Shown here: piece after piece, positions 37,575 to 42,994 of the stretch
Layout: each line of letters starts with the position of its first letter
How positions within the stretch are numbered: position 1 is the stretch's first letter
Origin: a bacterium
GTDB lineage: Bacteria; Patescibacteriota; Saccharimonadia; Saccharimonadales; SZUA-47
Length of the DNA stretch: 42,994 bases
Direction of reading: 5' to 3'
Assembly: GCA_030430915.1 (NCBI GenBank)
Contig: JAUIKH010000003.1
Span: 1-42,994, forward strand
Notes under the pieces: model-generated
The model's input: the letters and a program-made list of their open reading frames with translations, nothing else
Told to the model about the DNA's origin: nothing
The model's database searches: none
Position numbers and translations under genes: made by a program

Positions 37575-40500
37575 TTATTTGTCCTCCTCAATCTCTACGA
37601 GTGTTTCTTTAGTCTCTTCAGCTCCTTCAATTATCATTTCAGACTCCCCATCAATGTCTGGCTGCTCATCTTCAACATCATCAGATGATGGAGTGTCTTC
37701 GGAAACATCAACAGATGAAACCTCATCTTCCGGTAAATCAACAGTAGGCATGTGATCTGCCTCATCTTTTATATTCTTTGAAAGTAAGTCTTCAGCATCT
37801 AATACTTCTTTTTCATCAACAACTAAGTCCACCTTCAAACTAAGACCTTGTAATTCTTTAACGAGGACATTGAAGCTTTCTGGCACCTTAGGTCCAACTA
37901 TCTCTGTTCCCTTAATTATGGATTCGTAAGCTTTGCTTCTTCCATAAACGTCGTCAGATTTCAGTGTTAACATTTCTTGTAGTGTATTTGCAGCTCCGTA
38001 TGCTTCTAGAGCCCACACTTCCATTTCTCCAAACCTTTGACCACCATTTTGAGCTTTACCTCCAAGAGGCTGCTGTGTAACCATTGTATAAGGACCGGTA
38101 GATCGAGCGTGTATTTTATCAACAATCATATGGTTCAGCTTAATCATATACATTGAGCCAACAGTTGTTCTCTCTGAGAATGCCTCACCAGTTCGCCCAT
38201 CATAGAGCTGTTGTTTACCATCGTCAGGCAATCCAGCTTCTGTTAGTAATTCACGTATTTTTTCTATTGGCACTCCATTAAACGAAGGGCTTGCTATGTT
38301 TATGCCTAATGCTTTTGCTGCCATACCTAGGTGAGTCTCGAATAGCTGACCAATATTCATACGACTTGGAACTCCGAGCGGATTCAACACGATATCAACA
38401 GGAGTACCATCTTCAGAAAATGGCATATCTTCTTGTGGAAGAATTCTAGCTATTACACCTTTATTTCCGTGACGACCACCTAACTTATCTCCTACTGATA
38501 TTTTCCTCATCTGAGCTACAAATACTTGAATCTGCATGATCACGCCTGCTTTTAGCTCATGGCCATTAGCTCTTGAAAATACCTTTACACCAACTACTTT
38601 TCCGTGTTTACCATTGCTCATTCTTTGAGATGTATCACGAACCTCTTTAGCCTTTTCACCGAAAATTGCTCTTAGAAGTCTTTCCTCACTTGAAAGTTCC
38701 TGCTCTCCCTTAGGAGTAATTTTTCCTACCAAGATATCGCCTGGGTGAACATCTGCACCAATTCTAACTATTCCATCTTCATCAAGATGTCTTAATGCAT
38801 CTTCTGAAACATTTGGTATGTCACGAGTAACAATTTCTGGACCGAGCTTAGTTTCTCGAACTTCTGTCATGTAATCTACGATATGTACTGAAGTTAATGT
38901 GTCATCTTCAACCAATCTTCTAGATATAACTACAGCGTCTTCAAAGTTATATCCGTGCCATGGCATGAATGCAACTTGTAAGTTTTTACCCAATGCTAAC
39001 TCACCGCCTTCGATGGACATACCTTCAATTAGTATGTCGCCTTCCTTAACTTTGTCACCTGTATCTACAACAACTTTTTGATTAATTGATGAGCCCTCAT
39101 TACTTCTTAAGAAGTGCAGTGGAGTATATGTAGCTTTTCGTTTTTTGTAAGCTACGACTACTTTACCAGCGTGGGCTTCAACGACTTCTCCGTCATCCTC
39201 AGCTACCACTACTTGCCCAGAATTTCTTGCTGCAATACCTTCCATTCCTGTACCTACATGTGGAGCTTCAGGCTTGATAAGGGGCACGGCTTGCCTTTGC
39301 TGGTTGCTTCCCATCAAAGATCTATAAACATAGTTTTTTTCTATAAAAGGTATTAATCCAGCACTAGAACCTATAATCTGTCTTGGTGCAGCATCAATAT
39401 AGTTAACATCATTAGAGTCAACTTCAGCTGCTATTAATTGTCTCCTAGCACTTACTCTTGAATTAGCAAAATGTCCTTCATTGTCAATTTCTTCGCTAGC
39501 ATTCGCTATTACAGCTTTTTCTTCATCTGCAGCATCTAAAAATTCGATTTCTTTTGTAACGACTGCTTTAACTGGCCATGTTTTACGTTCTTTTACAGCT
39601 TCTAGTTTCTTTGCATCTGCTTTAGATATTTCTTGATTCTTTTTGACAATTACTTTGCCTGATTTGTCCTCAAGATTAACAGCAGCTATATGACCTGCAG
39701 AATTTTTAGCAGATACTGCATTTATAACTTTTCTATAAGGCGTTTCCATAAAGCCATAGTCATTAATCCGTGCGTACATTGCCATATTTAGTACTAGACC
39801 AATGTTTGCACCTTCTGGAGTCTCTACAGGACAAATTCTACCGTAGTGAGTTGCATGTGCGTCTCTAACTTCAAATCCAGCCCTTTCTCTTGAAAGTCCT
39901 CCAGGACCCATAGAGCTTAGACGTCGTTTATGAGCTAACTCTGATAATGGGTTAATCTGATCCATAAATTGAGATAGTTGTGAGCTGGCAAAGAATTCTC
40001 TTACCGCAGCAACAATTGGCCTTGCATTTATAAGCTGACCAGGAGTAACTGTTTCAATCTCACTCATTGACATTCTATCTTTTGCGTTTCTTTCCATACG
40101 CAGTAGACCTATTCTAAATTGTCTCTGGACAAGTTCACCAACCAATTTTATTCTACGATTTGCCAAGCTATCAATATCATCTGGTTCGTCTTGCGTAACA
40201 TTTAATCTTATTAATTCTGCAATAACTGCAACTAAGTCTTCTGTCCGCATTACTCGATTTTCTATAGTGTTAGGGACCTTCAAATCTAGTCGTTTGTTCA
40301 GTTTGTATCGTCCTACACGACTGAAATCAAATCTCTTGTAATTGAAAAACATATTTTCTATAAGGCTTCTTGCATTATCTACTGTTGCAAGGTCCCCCGG
40401 TCTAAGCCTTCTATAGACTTCAATTAGTGATTCATTAACACCTTTGGCTGGATCTTTTTCAAGAGTAGCTGTAATGTAGCTATCTTTAGCACTATCAACA

Positions 40501-41141
40501 TGCTTAAACTCATCACGCATTTGTTGTTCTGTAAGACCAAATGCTCTTAATAACGTTGTAACGGGTATCTTTCTTTTGCGGTCTATTTTTACAAATATTG
40601 CACCAGAAGTTGATGTTTCAAATTCTAACCAAGCACCTCTTCCTGGTATAACTTTAGCTCCGTAGTAGTTTGTTCCACCTGACTGATTAGCAGTAAAAAA
40701 TACACCTGCGCTTCTGATTAACTGACTTACCACTACACGTTCTGCGCCGTTAATGATAAATGTTCCACGAGAGGTCATCCAAGGATAGTCACCTAGGTAA
40801 ATTTCTTGATCTTTAACTTCACCTGTGACTTTATTTGTTAGTTCAACTACTGCCTTTAGAGGGGCATCATATGTGACGTTATTTTCACGAGCTTCTACCT
40901 CAGTCATCTTAGGATCTTCAAAGTGATAGTCCTTAAACCTAATACTAAGTTTTGTGCCTGTGTAGTCATCAATAGGGCTTATTTCTGATAGTATTTCGCC
41001 CAAACCTTCTTCTACGAACCACTGAAACGATTTATTTTGGTGGTCTACAAGATTTGGTAGATTAATTATTTCTTTTTTTTCTGTGTAGTATTTTCGTTCT
41101 TTAATGTTATTTTTTCTAGACAATTTCGCAGATTTCGCCAT
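37575..41141 (-). CDS. rpoB: RNA polymerase beta subunit
   Basis: SQLSQFMDQ, GDKLGGRHGNKG and GGQRFGEMEVWA; acidic tail. Confidence 0.98.
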   Translation of the reverse strand: MAKSAKLSRKNNIKERKYYTEKKEIINLPNLVDHQNKSFQWFVEEGLGEILSEISPIDDYTGTKLSIRFKDYHFEDPKMTEVEARENNVTYDAPLKAVVELTNKVTGEVKDQEIYLGDYPWMTSRGTFIINGAERVVVSQLIRSAGVFFTANQSGGTNYYGAKVIPGRGAWLEFETSTSGAIFVKIDRKRKIPVTTLLRAFGLTEQQMRDEFKHVDSAKDSYITATLEKDPAKGVNESLIEVYRRLRPGDLATVDNARSLIENMFFNYKRFDFSRVGRYKLNKRLDLKVPNTIENRVMRTEDLVAVIAELIRLNVTQDEPDDIDSLANRRIKLVGELVQRQFRIGLLRMERNAKDRMSMSEIETVTPGQLINARPIVAAVREFFASSQLSQFMDQINPLSELAHKRRLSSMGPGGLSRERAGFEVRDAHATHYGRICPVETPEGANIGLVLNMAMYARINDYGFMETPYRKVINAVSAKNSAGHIAAVNLEDKSGKVIVKKNQEISKADAKKLEAVKERKTWPVKAVVTKEIEFLDAADEEKAVIANASEEIDNEGHFANSRVSARRQLIAAEVDSNDVNYIDAAPRQIIGSSAGLIPFIEKNYVYRSLMGSNQQRQAVPLIKPEAPHVGTGMEGIAARNSGQVVVAEDDGEVVEAHAGKVVVAYKKRKATYTPLHFLRSNEGSSINQKVVVDTGDKVKEGDILIEGMSIEGGELALGKNLQVAFMPWHGYNFEDAVVISRRLVEDDTLTSVHIVDYMTEVRETKLGPEIVTRDIPNVSEDALRHLDEDGIVRIGADVHPGDILVGKITPKGEQELSSEERLLRAIFGEKAKEVRDTSQRMSNGKHGKVVGVKVFSRANGHELKAGVIMQIQVFVAQMRKISVGDKLGGRHGNKGVIARILPQEDMPFSEDGTPVDIVLNPLGVPSRMNIGQLFETHLGMAAKALGINIASPSFNGVPIEKIRELLTEAGLPDDGKQQLYDGRTGEAFSERTTVGSMYMIKLNHMIVDKIHARSTGPYTMVTQQPLGGKAQNGGQRFGEMEVWALEAYGAANTLQEMLTLKSDDVYGRSKAYESIIKGTEIVGPKVPESFNVLVKELQGLSLKVDLVVDEKEVLDAEDLLSKNIKDEADHMPTVDLPEDEVSSVDVSEDTPSSDDVEDEQPDIDGESEMIIEGAEETKETLVEIEEDK

Positions 41142-41284
41142 TTACTCTCCTACTCATCTCGCACATGAGCATTGTTAATTTTACATTAATATATATTTAG
41201 TGAAGACACTACTAGTGGCCTTATTCCGTGTTTTATCATAGGATAAATAACACAACTCACGTGTATACTACTTCTTAACATAGT

Positions 41285-41313
41285 ATTTTCTCGTACTAGG
41301 AGCTGTTTGTCAA
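41285..41313 (-). promoter_or_regulatory. Possible rpoBC promoter
   Basis: TTGACA-17 nt-GAAAAT; the -10 box is weak. Confidence 0.35.
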
Positions 41314-41325
41314 ATACTAAATCAA

Positions 41326-41919
41326 CTATTTTATAACTTTATCAGCTATTCCGTACTTTACTGCTTCCTCAGCATCCATCCAATAATCTCGATCAACATC
41401 TTTCTCGATTCTTGATAACTTTTGACCAGTATTCTTAGCTAGAATGCTATTTAGTAATTTACGTATTTTTATACTTTCTTTTAGGTCTATCTCCATATCA
41501 CTAACTTTTCCGCGTGTACCACTTGATGGTTGGTGAATCATTACTTTAGCATTTGGTAATATCGCTCTTTTACCTTTAGTACCTGAGCTAAGTAAAAATG
41601 CGCCCATGCTAGCTTGGAGTCCAATACCCATAGTTTGGACATCATTTTTTATATATTTAATCGTGTCATAAATTGCCATCCCATCATAAACGCTGCCGCC
41701 TGGACTGTTTATATATAAATATATGTCTTTTTTGGCATCTTCGTTTTGCAAGAATAGTAACTGTGCAACGACTAAATTTGCAGTGTGAGAATTAACATCT
41801 GTTCCTAAGAATATTATTCTATCTTTTAAAAGTCGACTATAGATATCAAAAGCACGTTCTACGCGACCATCATTTTCAATTACGGTTGGTATCAAAATTG
41901 AGTTTTTTGGTTCTTTCAT
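41326..41919 (-). CDS. clpP: ATP-dependent Clp protease proteolytic subunit
   Basis: [30 protein letters not shown] and DRD. Start moved to ATG 41919. Confidence 0.97.
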   Translation of the reverse strand: MKEPKNSILIPTVIENDGRVERAFDIYSRLLKDRIIFLGTDVNSHTANLVVAQLLFLQNEDAKKDIYLYINSPGGSVYDGMAIYDTIKYIKNDVQTMGIGLQASMGAFLLSSGTKGKRAILPNAKVMIHQPSSGTRGKVSDMEIDLKESIKIRKLLNSILAKNTGQKLSRIEKDVDRDYWMDAEEAVKYGIADKVIK

Positions 41920-41925
41920 AAGTCG

Positions 41926-41955
41926 AGTATACTCGGTAAGCTTAGCACTCGTCAA
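41926..41955 (-). promoter_or_regulatory. Sigma70-type promoter for clpP (leaderless)
   Basis: TTGACG-18 nt-TATACT, 6 nt before the ATG. Confidence 0.65.
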
Positions 41956-41968
41956 GTATGAGTGCTAA
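41942..41968. promoter_or_regulatory. CIRCE element (HrcA operator)
   Basis: Exact TTAGCACTC-N9-GAGTGCTAA consensus. Confidence 0.93.
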
Positions 41969-42994
41969 TTACTTCTTTAGGAAATTTATTGTTTTTTCTG
42001 TTCTCAGTCTTGCTGCAATCTCTCTTTTGTTTTCATTTTTATCTAGTTCAGCCTGCATTTTTTCATCTTTATACTGACTTTTTAGCTGTTCTAAGCGCGT
42101 TTCTAGCTCTTTATCTGTAACAACTATACCTTCTTTGTCTGCAATTTCACTTAGCACCAACCCAGCTTTAACTCTGCGTTCAGCCTCAGGAACTATCTCT
42201 TTTTTAGCATATTCTTCTTCACTCATGCCTGAACTAGCGATATATTCATCGTAAGTCATTCCTCTTTGTACAACATTTTGCCTTAGCTCTTGTTTAACAG
42301 CCTCTACTTGTTCGTTAATTAATACCTCCGGTATTTTAACCTTGGTTTTATCTGATATTTCATTTACTAGCTCTGATTCATAATCCCGCTCAACTTTTTG
42401 ATCAGCTTCAGCTTGAAGCTGTTTTTTAATATCAGCTTTTAGTTGGTCAAGTGACTCGAATGGACCAATAGTTGAGGCAAATTTATCATCAATTTTTGGT
42501 TTAACTATTTCATTTAACTTGTTGAGCTTTACTTTGAAATTCACCTTTTTGCTTTGCAGAGCTTTTGCGCCATAATCTTTAGGAAATGTAACATCAAAGC
42601 TTTTTTCTTCACCTACTTTCATTCCCTCAATATTTTCTTCAAATCCAGGTATGAACGTCTTTGACCCTATTACTAAGGGGTAATCTTTCCCATCGGCACC
42701 TTTGACGGCTTCACCTTTGGTGTCTGTACCTTTAAAATCAATTACAGCTTCATCATCTTTTTTTGCAGCTCGATCAACCTTTTTTTTATCTGCCGATCTA
42801 GTTCTTAGGTTTTCCAATACTTGGTTTATTTCATTTGCAGCAACTTTTATAGGCTTGCGTTTAGCGCTTGTCTTTTTGTAGTCTGGCAATTTAATTTCTC
42901 CAACTACAGGTATCTCTAGCACTATTTCTAAAGTACTGAATGGGACAAACTTTTTTACTTCTACTTTAGGTTGTTCTACAGGCCTTAGATTGTC
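41969..42994 (-). CDS. tig: Trigger factor, 5'-truncated by the window edge
   Basis: FKBP domain (IDFKG, FIPGFEENI, VTFPKDY) and C-terminal domain. The frame is open to the window end and the gene lies upstream of clpP. Confidence 0.95.
   Translation of the reverse strand, partial: DNLRPVEQPKVEVKKFVPFSTLEIVLEIPVVGEIKLPDYKKTSAKRKPIKVAANEINQVLENLRTRSADKKKVDRAAKKDDEAVIDFKGTDTKGEAVKGADGKDYPLVIGSKTFIPGFEENIEGMKVGEEKSFDVTFPKDYGAKALQSKKVNFKVKLNKLNEIVKPKIDDKFASTIGPFESLDQLKADIKKQLQAEADQKVERDYESELVNEISDKTKVKIPEVLINEQVEAVKQELRQNVVQRGMTYDEYIASSGMSEEEYAKKEIVPEAERRVKAGLVLSEIADKEGIVVTDKELETRLEQLKSQYKDEKMQAELDKNENKREIAARLRTEKTINFLKK

Noticed and set aside
39890-40000. Possible intrinsic rifampicin resistance in RpoB cluster I
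   Set aside because: Residues equivalent to Q513, D516, H526 and S531 are intact; only a conservative L533M-type change is present.
14843-41955. Apparent N-terminal extensions or overlaps for rpoA, rplV, rpsL, clpP and ORF 32408-32797 in the ORF track
   Set aside because: Artefacts of longest-ORF start selection; downstream ATGs match conserved N-termini, SD sites or promoter positions.

Overview
AT-rich bacterial core-genome window, most consistent with a CPR/Patescibacteria organism, probably Saccharibacteria (TM7). This is inferred from the absence of L30 between S5 and L15, the compact gene packing and the divergent housekeeping proteins. The left end carries a truncated orphan, a VanY-like M15B peptidase, typA, a GT4-GH57-GH15 alpha-glucan cluster, tRNAs Thr-Tyr-Thr and rpmG. 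The rest is almost entirely a minus-strand block: tig-clpP, rpoBC, the str/S10/spc/alpha clusters running into rplM-rpsI, then trpS, rluD-like, holB and a TPR gene. No mobile element, CRISPR array or rRNA was seen. Best leads: (1) a leaderless 26-codon leader peptide with one Trp codon plus mutually exclusive antiterminator/terminator upstream of an orphan gene and trpS; (2) EF-G with G4 NKxD changed to NKIN and a rebuilt G5 loop; (3) loss of zinc-ligand cysteines in both RNAP beta' sites and in S4, S14, L33, L36 and HolB; (4) a perfect CIRCE over a leaderless clpP promoter; (5) orphan genes inserted into conserved operons, including an unlisted 38-aa ORF; (6) many leaderless or short-leader promoters. 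All calls were read by eye; no database searches or folding programs were run.
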